Positions 41,793-53,249 of a stretch of DNA of 64,000 nucleotides are shown here, one piece after another (positions within the stretch are counted from its first letter, which is position 1; each line of letters starts with the position of its first letter). The position numbers were made by a program, and so were the translations under genes. This DNA comes from Octopus sinensis (lineage: Eukaryota): the NCBI RefSeq assembly GCF_006345805.1, contig NC_042997.1, positions 65,596,001 to 65,660,000 on the forward strand. Direction: 5' to 3'. The notes beneath the pieces were generated by a model. That model was not told the DNA's origin. It saw nothing but the letters and a program-made list of their open reading frames with translations, and did not search any database.

Positions 41793-42135
41793 GTTTCAGT
41801 CATTTACCTGCAGCCCTGCTGGAGCACCGCCTTTAGTCGAAAAATTGACCTCAGGACTTATTATTTATAAGCCTAGTACTTTTTCTATCGATCTATTTTG
41901 CTGAACCGCTAAGTTACGGGGACGTAAACACAGCAACATCGGATGTCAAGCAATGGTGGGAGACAAACACATACACACATATGACAGGCTTCTTTCTGTG
42001 TCTGTCTACCAAATTCACTCACAAAACTTTGGTCGGCTTGAGGCTGTAGTGGAAGACACTTGCCCAAGGTGCCACGCAGTGGGGTGAGAACCCAGAACCA
42101 TGTAGTTGGTAAGTAAGCTACTTACCACACATCCA
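41793..42135 (-). mobile_element. SINE family B, near full length
   Basis: Reverse complement of the 42698-42968 copy, including head and tail. Confidence 0.85.
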
Positions 42136-42495
42136 CTCAGTTACTTGTTTTTGTAACCAGCAGAGTTGAAAAGGTCAACGCCAGGTTATGTTTAGAATAC
42201 TAACACCACGTGTATGAAATATTTGGTTGGACTTGTATTTAGTTCAGATGATATCCGAAGTGCTATTAATAGCACACTGAAGAAGCGGCAATTGACATCA
42301 AAATGCACACCGAGAAGCAAAATTGGCAGGTAAGGCCCTGTAAGTGCTACGGAAGGATCGTAGTTGGACTCCCAGTTCGATAATAGTATGAGTGAGGAGT
42401 CTAATGCCGGTCTTGTGTGAGCATGTATATGTTAAATAAAATGAAACAAAGCCAAGGCAGCGTGAAATTTTCAGGACGTTTATTAAAAGAAAGGT

Positions 42496-42545
42496 AGTCT
42501 TACAGCTGTCTCAGGGATACGAGGAATATCGCTTCATCAGAGTCA
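42496..42545 (-). ncRNA. Decayed type I hammerhead motif (third family)
   Basis: GACU-CUGAUGA-AGCGAUA[UUCCUCG]UAUCCCU-GAGA-CAGCUG-UA-AGACU: palindromic ACAGCUGU, GUA site, GAAA changed to GAGA. Confidence 0.6.
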
Positions 42546-42590
42546 ATATAAGGGAGTTAAATAGAGGGAATGTCTCTTTTTATTAAAACG

Positions 42591-42622
<32 letters not shown>

Positions 42623-42636
42623 ACACACACACACAC

Positions 42637-42697
<61 letters not shown>

Positions 42698-42701
<4 letters not shown>

Positions 42702-42968
42702 GGTCCCGGGTTCAGTCCCACTGCATGGTGCCTTGGGCAAGTGTCTTCTACTATAGCCTCAGGCCGACCAAAGCCTTGTGAGTGGATTAGGTAGAGGGAA
42801 ACAACATCGCTTGACAACCGATGCTGGTGTGTTTACGTCCCCGTAACATAGCAGTTTGGTAAAAAGACCGAAAGAATAGGTACTAGGCTTACAAACAACA
42901 AGCTCTTGGGTCAATTTGCTCGACTAAAGGTGGTGTTCCAACATAGCCGCAGTCAAATGACTGCAAGA
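42698..42968 (+). mobile_element. SINE family B (internal microsatellite deleted)
   Basis: gggttcagtccc B-box-like, ccttgggcaagtgtcttcta, catcgcttgacaaccgatg, gccgcagtcaaatgactg. Confidence 0.85.
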
Positions 42969-43433
42969 AGTATATATATATATATATGCACTGAGCAGAA
43001 ACTCTACATAGAAACCCAGAGAACAAAGCCTACACAAAAATTAAGAACAACAAAAGCAAACAATCGCAAACAACACATAATACCCCCATCAGATATGTCG
43101 AATAGATGTAATACCCCCATCAGATGTGTCGAATAGATGGCAATGTATTATCGCACGTTTCGACCAAATTGTTGCAGTGAAATCAACAATTGGCTAACAA
43201 ATTTCAATTCTAACAGGAACAAACGTTGGTAGAAAAGGTAAAAAAACAAAAGAGAAAACTTTCAGTGATTCCTATATAAAACATAAAAGACAAAAGCAAA
43301 GGTTGATATGGTACAAAGTAATGCCTGGAGAAAAACAATTCTGTTTGATGATTGACGAAAAATACAAGACGGGGAACAGCAAAATTTTGGCTCTCTTACT
43401 CAGCGCAGTTATATATATATATATCACCCTTTA

Positions 43434-43474
<41 letters not shown>

Positions 43475-43475
<1 letters not shown>

Positions 43476-45640
43476 ATACTTAAAGAAGATCTCTCTCAGA
43501 TAGTGTTTGCCTAAACTAACTCACAAAAGTATGGGGGAAAAAACATTAAAAAATCAAGTGCAAAGGTTATTTGAGAACGTACGTTCTAGATTAGTCAATT
43601 CGACATTTCTTTCTTCAGCTCAGAATTCCTTGAATCGGATTTGGGAACACTTAAAGTCGGGAGCACACCCTTTCGGCTTCTAATCACCTATAGAATTCTG
43701 CTCGAACTAAAAGTGCTATCAAATTCGAATATGCAAGCGAAGAATTTCTGCTCTCCCCTTTCCACCAGCGTGGGTTAAAATTGACAAACACCAAGTATTA
43801 ACAGTGAAGACCGCAGAATTTAGCTAAGAGAGATGAATTATAATTTCAACAATTGAGGGTAAAATTAATTAATTATTAATCAGTTTCACCAAGTGTTCAG
43901 TATGTAAAGGGACCATTATAGGCGAATTCAAAATATTACATTATATATAAGGGCTTAGTAAAATAAATTACTTTGCCACATACTGAACTCATTAGAAATA
44001 GCAGCTAAAGAAATTTCTTCAGCTATTTCTAATACTTAAAGAAGATCTCTCTCAGATAGTGTTTGCCTAAACTAACTCACAAAAGTATGGGGGAAAAAAC
44101 ATTAAAAAATCAAGTGCAAAGTTATTTGAGAACGTACGTTTCTAGATTAGTCAATTCGACATTTCTTTCTTCAGCTCAGAATTCCTTGAATCGGATTTGG
44201 GAACACTTAAAGTCGGGAGCACACCCTTTCGGCTTCTAATCACCTATAGAATTCTGCTCGAACTAAAAGTGCTATCAAATTCGAATATGCAAGCGAAGAA
44301 TTTCTGCTCTCCCCTTTCCACCAGCGTGGGTTAAAATTGACAAACACCAAGTATTAACAGTGAAGACCGCAGAATTTAGCTAAGAGAGATGAATTATAAT
44401 TTCAACAATTGAGGGTAAAATTAATTAATTATATATAATGTAATATTTTGAATTCGCCTATAATGGTCCCTTTACATACTGAACACTTGGTGAAACTGAT
44501 TAATAATTAATTAATTTTACCCTCAATTGTTGAAATTATAATTCATCTCTCTTAGCTAAATTCTGCGGTCTTCACTGTTATACTTGGTGTTTGTCAATTT
44601 TAACCCACGCTGGTGGAAAGGGGAGAGCAGAAATTCTTCGCTTGCATATTCGAATTTGATAGCACTTTTAGTTCGAGCAGAATTCTATAGTGATTAGAAG
44701 CCGAAAGGGTGTGCTCCCGACTTTAAGTGTTCCCAAATCCGATTCAAGGAATTCTGAGCTGAAGAAAGAAATGTCGAATTGACTAATCTAGAAACGTACG
44801 TTCTCAAATAACCTTTGCACTTGATTTTTTAATGTTTTTTCCCCCATACTTTTGTGAGTTAGTTAGGCAAACACTATCTGAGAGAGATCTCTTTAAGTAT
44901 TAGAAATAGCTGAAGAAATTTCTTTAGCTGCTATTTCTAATGAGTTCAGTATGTGGCAAAGTAATTTATTTTACTAAGCCCTTATATATATGTAATATTT
45001 TGAATTCGCCTATAATGGTCCCTTTACATACTGAACACTTGGTGAAACTGATTAATAATTAATTAATTTTACCCTCAATTGTTGAAATTATAATTCATCT
45101 CTCTTAGCTAAATTCTGCGGTCTTCACTGTTAATACTTGGTGTTTGTCAATTTTAACCCACGCTGGTGGAAAGGGGAGAGCAGAAATTCTTCGCTTGCAT
45201 ATTCGAATTTGATAGCACTTTTAGTTCGAGCAGAATTCTATAGGTGATTAGAAGCCGAAAGGGTGTGCTCCCGACTTTAAGTGTTCCCAAATCCGATTCA
45301 AGGAATTCTGAGCTGAAGAAAGAAATGTCGAATTGACTATCTAGAAACGTACGTTCTCAAATAACCTTTGCACTTGATTTTTTAATGTTTTTTCCCCCAT
45401 ACTTTTGTGAGTTAGTTTAGGCAAACACTATCTGAGAGAGATCTTCTTTAAGTATTAGAAATAGCTGAAGAAATTTCTTTAGCTGCTATTTCTAATGAGT
45501 TCAGTATGTGGCAAAGTAATTTATTTTACTAAGCCCTTATATATAATGTAATATTTTGAATTCGCCTATAATGGTCCCTTTACATACTGAACACTTGGTG
45601 AAACTGATTAATAATTAATTAATTTTACCCTCAATTGTTG

Positions 45641-45647
<7 letters not shown>
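43475..45647. repeat. Head-to-head array of the ~556-bp hammerhead-bearing unit (1.7 units one way, 2.2 units inverted)
   Basis: aatacttaaagaagatc at 43475 and 44031. Orientation flips at about 44431. Hammerhead motifs at 43572-43622 (-), 44127-44178 (-), 44755-44806 (+) and 45309-45359 (+). Confidence 0.9.
44755..44806 (+). ncRNA. Minimal type I hammerhead ribozyme motif (representative intact copy in the array)
   Basis: tgag ctgaaga aagaaatgtcgaattgactaatcta gaaa cgtacg tt ctca. Confidence 0.7.
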
Positions 45648-45699
<52 letters not shown>

Positions 45700-45702
<3 letters not shown>

Positions 45703-46275
45703 GAAACTATGCTGAGTAAGAGAGCAAAAATTCGACAGCAGTCCCTTTGTTGCTCTTCTCCGTCTATATATATATTAATGTTATTTTTATATAATTTTAA
45801 AGCTTATGACGATCAGCAGGTAATGACTAAGGAAAATAATCTAATAAAGGGGCATTTAAGCCCTCGACAGAAAAAGGAAGGCTTTCCTATCTGCGTGGGA
45901 TAGGAAAGCCTTCTTTTTTCTGTCGAAGGTTTATATGCCTCTTTATTAGACTACTTTCATTTGCCATTGCCCGGTGATCACCATAAGCTTTAAGCTTATA
46001 TAAAAATACCATTATTATTATAATTTACAGGAGTGTAAATCAAGGCGCCGTAATACAAAACCATTCGCACCGAAAGCATATATATGTGTGTGTGGGCGTA
46101 TTACATTAGCTGAGGAATGGGAATAGGACCCTAATAGATGGAAACACCACAATTATTTGCAAGAGAATTTTTGCCCCATGAATTTAGCTCTTCTAATACC
46201 TTTCGATTTCCTTTTCAATAGGCTTTAAGTTAATTTCATTATAGAAAGGAGACCATGAATCAGCATAGTTTCATA
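45700..46275 (+). mobile_element. Unclassified element with 16-bp terminal inverted repeats in (TA)n, hosting the hairpin and the 46044-46261 repeat
   Basis: tatgaaactatgctga ... tcagcatagtttcata. A related end fragment lies in opposite orientation at about 43350-43410. Confidence 0.5.
45776..46014. repeat. Foldback/hairpin element, 116-bp imperfect arms with 7-nt loop
   Basis: Centre cgacagaaaaaggaaggctttcctatc/tgcgtgg/gataggaaagccttcttttttctgtcg; pairing extends out to taatgttatttttatata / tatataaaaataccatta. Confidence 0.85.
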
Positions 46276-47499
46276 TATATATATTTAACTAACAAACGGT
46301 AAATATATAACGGTATGTAAGCCTCTTTGAAAGATCTCTGCTCGCAAGGGTATCAGTCAAAGCAGGAGAGTATACGATATTTTGAGCCAGCTTACAGTCT
46401 TATTGGTGTAGGTGTTGTCTACGAGATACGGTCCTTTTACGCTGAATTGCAGATCTCGACAGTTATATGTATTTCAGCATTAGTATGTTGTGAAAGAAAG
46501 TGCAGTTAAAATGTACTATTACCATCAAACTGGCAGTAGCTGACTACCACTGCTTTATTCAGAGAAAACTTTAATGTGACAATCACAGATTAAAACATAT
46601 GTTCAAGCAGCAAAATCTGAAGAAAACCGCAGTGTTTTCATTGTAGGTCTACTGAATTTAATGTCCACTCTACGGCAGATTAGTCGCCAGCAGTGCCGTG
46701 GAACAAACGTTTCTCGTTGTGTTATTGTCGCTACACATTTAGAGGGTGCGTCATTTTTCAAGAGGTCGACTGATTGTTAAATGTAGTTTTGCAAAACTAT
46801 CCGGAAAATAGACATTCAAAGGCGAAGCTGAGGTGGGAGTGGAAAAATGTTATCCATCGAGGGGGTGGATAAGATGATAAGAGTATAATGGAAACAGTAC
46901 ATATGCCGTGTAGAGGGATACGTAAAGATCAGTACGTAGTTGAAGACAAAATTAACATTTAAAAGTAGGAGGCTAATAGGGAGCGCTATTTTATGGTAGG
47001 GTTCAGTTAGAGTAGGAATAAATCGAGAGGTTTAGAAAGAGACTAAACAGATTAAATATATTTGAACTAATATCTTTGAACGCCGAATTCAAACCAAAGT
47101 CAGCGGGATATAATCTTTGTACTATGCCGGAATAAGATAGCCACGAGCTAAGGAAACGTATATACATGCAAACATAAACATACACGCACATGCATATATA
47201 CGGAGTATATGCGTATATATGTATTAAAGGTATAAAGGTGCATGCCTGTGTGAAGTGTTAAATTGAAAGAATTGAAATTTGCTTTTTATAAGCAAATACG
47301 TTGAATAATGTTACTATAACAGAATTATCTTATTGCAAGTTTAAGCTAAAACAAATAGGAAATGGGAGAAAATCTCGTTGATGTTAGATTGCATATCATA
47401 AAACAAAACGTCTACATTCACCTGATTGAAAACTCATACTACATCGTTGATATGCATCAACCAAATTAAGATTGTTGGATTTACTGTTGCTGTTGTTGT

Positions 47500-48554
47500 T
47501 GATGATTGAGCCTATTAAAGTTGTTAAAATTCTTGGATAACAACTTCTTATTCAGTCAGGAGTTATGACAAGGGCCCAATCCTGCTGTCTCACATATGGC
47601 CTCCCAGAGCAAACCTCCCCAGCCAGTGTTTAATCATAGTCTCCAAAAGCTTGACTAGCTTTTAAGGCTCTTTGAACAGCCCCTTAGGCATGACATCAGC
47701 CTCACTGGAGACACACCCAGAGATCATCAGAATTTGGAGGAACTTGATTTTCACGATGCATGGGACATCACATGGATCCTGGGTGTTGTGAAACTGGTCC
47801 CGGCAGGACTTTTTTATCTGAGACAAACCAGAATTATCCCCAACTAAACAGGATGCCTCAGCTTGTTCAGGAACTTCTTTGCCATCATAAAGCGGTTCTG
47901 CTTGGCCTTGGCTACCAGAATTTGCCGCTTGCACCTCTTGTACGTGTAATCACAAAGGTCCTCATTCAGGTCCAGCTTCATAGTGGACCTCCACCTCTCT
48001 CGCCACCTCTCTCGTCAAAGCCTGAATACATTGCTTGTATCTTTTATCAGATTATCTCGCAGTTATTAGATAAATATTTAATATAAATATTTAAATATCA
48101 ACTAGATTATAGCTGGGAGTTTATTCTAAGTAACTACTCTCAACTTCCATCACGGCCTCAATACGGCTCCGGAACCTGGCGCATGCGTTAATTAGTGTGT
48201 CTTTGATGTCTTCGAACATCTTATTAATCTTGGCCACCAGCTCAGCCTTGGCGTTGTAGGGATGCCTGCTGTGTCTCTTCTCGCTGGCTACAGCTCGTAG
48301 TCTCTGTTGCAGCTGCCCATGTCACATCTTACAACCTTTCCTCTGTTCATAGAACAGTGAACCACCATCATGATCTCGGCAATTTGATACTTAGCTCAAG
48401 AAAAGATCATCATATAGGTAACACTTCCAATCCAGCAATTTTTTCTCAACCACAATTTTAACCTTTAGGCTCTCTACCGCCGTTAACTACTTCAAACAGT
48501 TTTTTTTTAAATAGGCGGACACAAAGATTCATCACATTTAGCCCGAACACACTG
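47500..48554 (-). mobile_element. Rearranged Tc1-like (maT/DD37-41D-type) transposon remnants
   Basis: N-terminal ..NRDYE..RHS is fused to C-terminal RHPYNAKAELVAKINKMF..ACARFRSRIEAVME (48110-48400). The central part LNEDL..KKFLNKLRHP..IKFLQILMISGCVSSEADVMP..RPYV*QQD lies at 47500-48000. Confidence 0.75.
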
Positions 48555-51109
48555 TCCATCCTAGACTACACAATCTTCTGTCTTTTTCTTTGTTAAGGCA
48601 GTAGAATGCCTTTTTCGTTGAGATAATTCGGTAGCTCTTTACAGTAGGTTCTCTAACTTCATGCAGGATCCCTCATATTCATGGATAGCTTTTACTTGTA
48701 TGCAGTATTGCCAACTTATTGCTTTAACTGCTTATCGTTGGCTACTTACAACAAGAAACCGGATTAGGATAATTGACTTGCAAATGGAGTGAACGTGTCT
48801 GAACTAACACACGCAGTATCGTACATAAAAGCTGCTTAATGCAGAATGCAGCTTACTTCTCATTCTTTAAGTCATAATTATTTTATAAAATATGAAATCA
48901 ATCTATTGATTATCTTCAGCACCTGCTTCTCTAAAATTGGTAAATGTTAAAATTATAATAACGTAATTAATTATAGGAAGACATCTAAGAAATAGTATCT
49001 TTAGCTTCAAGATTTTTGTTATTACCCCAAGAGATGTTTTTTTAAAAAATGATAAAGTTATTAGAAGATATTGTATAAATAGGTTGTGTAAACTCTTTAT
49101 TATTCAATTTACAACGTGTATCTTTTGACTCTGAGTCATCGCACTGATTTGCAATTATAAGAATTTTATCGTCTCTCAATATTCAGCATATTTATTTTTC
49201 ATTTTTTTAATTTAATTTTTTTTTGCTAATTATGTATTTTCAAAGAAAATTATTCTAATATATCCTGAAGTTTGTTAAAACATTGGAAGGTTCAAACGAA
49301 TGCCTCTACAGATGGTTAAATATTCGTTGTTAAGTATAGAGTGTAGTGACTGAATGGTTACGGCGTTTCCATCACAACCACAAAATCCGGTTTCGAACCC
49401 ATTGTGGGGTATATTGGGCAAGTGCACATTCCAAATCTACTGGTTACACAAGTCTTCTCTGTTAATTTGGATAGAAAGTTATTGGATATTCTGTACTTGT
49501 AATACAGTGGTCCAACCTTGTCATGTAGCTAGGAATTACATTAAAGATCCACACGTCTGTATCTTTTATATACTAATTCAAAGAGCATGTACCCAGTTGG
49601 TTGAGCAATTGAATGCTAATGTGTCAATACTGACAGAGGCGCCCATCATCAATATTCGCTAATATTGAGAATTTCTGTGCGGTTGCATGAAAGGTTAGAA
49701 AAAACAATCAAATCTCTTTCACGATCATGCCTTTTCATCTTAAAAAAGAAATGCAGTTAATGTAGTCCATGAGAATCAGAAACAAGAAATAGTATTAATT
49801 CCTTTCGAAGAAATATTTAGGTTAGAAAATATAAATTTTCTTGCAAACAAACCTAAATTATAAGGGAAAGGAAGTACAAAGCATTAAATAAGTTATTATT
49901 AGTTGAGCTTCCATGCGTACTTTTTAGTTATTGAAAATAAAATATTGACCCCATTTAATTGGCGGACCACATTTGAAAAAGAGTCTTTGAAAGGAACGGT
50001 ATTGAGTGAGCAATGTAGATGTTACAAATATAACATCTACATGATGTTATATTCATATGTAAATTTTATTTTCCTATTATAGATTAATGCAAATGTTTCA
50101 AAAATACAGGCTATAATTTTTTTGTCTACATCTCTGAGCTGGTCGACCTCCAGAATTTTCCATGTTTAGAAATTTGTACAATGTATTAACCCAAAGAGAA
50201 TTGAGAAAACACTTTACCCAACTAATCTAAACTTCTAATAGGTATCTTCGGGTTCGCTTATAATTATATCGAAATTTTTTGAACACTAGATGTCAAGTAT
50301 GTTAAAGATATCTCCTAAAATCGGTAGAATTTAAATAGTACGTTTTAATTAGTGTTATATTATATTCTATCCTGCAATAGGTGATGGATTTCGTGCGATT
50401 TAAAAGCATATACTATAAATGAAATGTAATTGGCAGCACAGATGTTTATCAAAATTATTCATATATTTTTGTTCTTCCATGAAATTCGTAAGGGTTTTGG
50501 TAGTCTAAATTATTTTGTTACAAGGTATGTAATACTGAATTATGTAACGAAATCAAAGGCACAGTCTTTTATAAAAACACCGCCTATGTTATCATTCAGT
50601 TTATCACAGCATGCGTTTGAGTATTATGCATTGAAAACCAACACATAATCAAAACCTTATCATATCACGTGTGTTGTTCATATCTAAGACTGTTGAAAAA
50701 ATAGCACACGTATTTTGCTTTCAATAGCCTGAATTATGAAACCGAATCGTTAAGCACAATTATCATTACAAAGATAATCATAATTATTAATATATTGTTG
50801 ATGCCATAAACCATTCCAAACAAGAATTATTTACTATATGATTTGACTCATTAATTACATCATCAGTTGTAATTGATATATTCTAATGGAACTGTATTTT
50901 TTCATTAAATCAAGATTTCAGCGCAATAATAATAGGTTACCTATCTTTTCGTGTAATATATATCTTTCCATTTAGAATCATCATTAAAATAACATGTAAA
51001 TGTCAGGAGAAAGGTCGTGTTATCTGCAACATTGGGACATCAACCTGAATTGAAGAAGTGAAGAATTAGTTTATTTTCTACAATCTTTCAACTGTCCATC
51101 CATCTGTCT

Positions 51110-51560
51110 TTTCTAATATTATTCCGGAAAGGCTGGTGAGGTCAGGTACCTCTAGCGTCTCCTCCATTATGTCCTACCAGAAGCTACTGAGAATTAGAAT
51201 TTGCGGCTTCATTCCTTAAGCATGTCCAACTGACAATATAGATATCATCCAAACATCACATTTTTGTTCTACTCCTAGTTACCCTACCGGTTAGCTCACC
51301 TTGTGGAATCTGTCTCGCGATTCTTTGCTGCGACATTCTAATCACCTGTCCGTAGTAACAGAGCTGGAAGCTCCCAATGCAAATAGTGGCTCGACCTAGC
51401 GCAATCCCTGATCTCCAGGTTACACTTCCAGTCGAGTAGCGTTACTTTGGGAGAAACCCATTTCGGCCGCTTATATTCACAACCGTAATCTTTGATCATT
51501 ACCCAAAATTCATGATCATAAGTATGGATAGGGACAAAAATCGAGTTGAGGTTCTTCTAG
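51110..51560 (-). mobile_element. RTE-clade LINE, decayed 3' fragment
   Basis: SIFVPIHTYDHEFWVM...TLLD... and a downstream GH(V)IRM-like remnant typical of the RTE C-terminus. Confidence 0.6.
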
Positions 51561-51854
51561 CTAGCTCTTCAATAATTAAAGGAATTCCATGAATTCACCA
51601 TGAAATGTAACCGTTTCTTTATAGCAAACGTTTGATGAATATCTATGAATTTATACACCGTCTCCTCCAAAATGTTTTGCCCACTATATTTTCAAATCTT
51701 TCCTACATCTCTAAGAGGTAAAATTCATACCTTTCATTTTGATTAAAAGAAAATTTCCTACAAGGGCGACCATATTTGCTATATAACTTCATTTTATTAA
51801 GAGATTTGATAACAATGCTGAGTATTGCGAGTAATGAAACTAACTATATTGATT

Positions 51855-52035
51855 TCAAATGTTGGCACAAGGCCAGCAAGTCCGGGGATGGGGTAAGTCA
51901 ATTACATCGAACCCAGCGCTCGACTGGTACTTATCGACTCTGAAAAGAGGACAGGCAAAGTCGACTTTGGCGGAATTTGAAATCAGAACGAAAAGACAGA
52001 CGAAATACTGCGAAGCATTTGGCCCGGCATGCAAT
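51855..52035 (-). mobile_element. SINE family A
   Basis: ggcaaagtcgactttggcggaatttgaaatcagaacg core. Confidence 0.8.
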
Positions 52036-52369
52036 GGAAACAATGCATTATGTATAAGTATTACCAATAAGAGAAATTGGAGATAAACAGGAATGAGAAC
52101 TTTGCACGCACGAGAGAGGTTATAGAATCCAGCACCGTCGCCTTTCAAGACTCATCATAACGCACCTTGCCGTGCTCTAGTTCTTAAACCCATTTCTAGG
52201 GCTGGTTATCACTCACGATAATAAAATCGAACTGGAAACTTATGGTTTGGTCACAGGACTGAAACTCTGAATGATTGAATTATGCAATATATTGCAATGC
52301 TTCCAATACAGACACACAACCTTCCCTCGTGTGTGTGTGTATGTATGTTTGTATTAAAATGCGTTTCAC

Positions 52370-52441
<72 letters not shown>

Positions 52442-52984
52442 GGACTCTACTACGTGGCATTATACTTCAGCGATTGAGCAAGAGTCATCAGTTGCAATCG
52501 ATATCAATTTTTCTAATGGAACTACATTTTTGTTCATGTAATCAGGATTTTTATGCAATAAATATAGATTCTACGTCAGTGATAGTTTCTCACAATCTTC
52601 AGATGATATCATCGTCCATTTAAAGGTCATTATTAAAATAGTTCATAATGATGTCTGTATTGTCGAAGACATAAGAACTTGAATTGTAGAATAAAGTTTG
52701 TTGTTTACATTGTTTGAATCAGTTCTTCAATTCTTCCCAAAACTCTATGAATACGTCATCAAACTGAATTCTTGCGGGATGGTGAACATTTGATGAATAT
52801 CTATAATTTGAATAGCCTTTGCTTATTCTCTTTTCAATGCCCACCGACGCCCCCCAAAAATGTACGACGATGTCTTTCAAAATTATTTTATTTAATAAAA
52901 TTGCTTAAATTTGTGTTGTCCTACAAAATATACAATGTTCCCTCAATGTTGCTTATCCCTTTTACCTACATCTAACCTAATTGG

Positions 52985-53240
52985 TCAACATTTGTCATTC
53001 CTCTCTCCTGAGGCAAGTTGTCAACATAGGTTAGACGTTTACTTCCCCTGTTGATTCTTCCTTCAGTTGATTGCCATAAGGCCAGTTGACACAGGGCTTT
53101 TTTTGAGTGGTTAACGCAATGACCAGCAACTCCCATTTTTTCTGCTGAATTTTCTCAGTCACTTCAAGCCGATCTTGATAAAGATGCTCGTTAGTTAGAT
53201 GAGATTTCCGAGTGACACTCATAGCCATTCTTAACATGTA
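52985..53240 (-). mobile_element. RTE-clade LINE 3' fragment
   Basis: MLRMAMSVTRKSHLTNEHLYQD...VTEKIQQ resembles the post-RT region of RTE elements. Confidence 0.6.
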
Positions 53241-53249
53241 TGTGTAGCA

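Noticed and set aside
43078-43139. 31-bp direct repeat x2 as a CRISPR-like array or hammerhead
   Set aside because: Two adjacent copies with no spacer in eukaryotic DNA; CUGAUGG and GAAAC on the minus strand do not form consistent stems.
49085-49150. Very degenerate hammerhead-like spacing on the minus strand
   Set aside because: Both core boxes are mutated and stem I is absent.
52560-52800. Protein-like minus-strand frame (IQFDDVFIEFWEEL...)
   Set aside because: Multiple stops and no family I can name; needs tBLASTx or HMM search.
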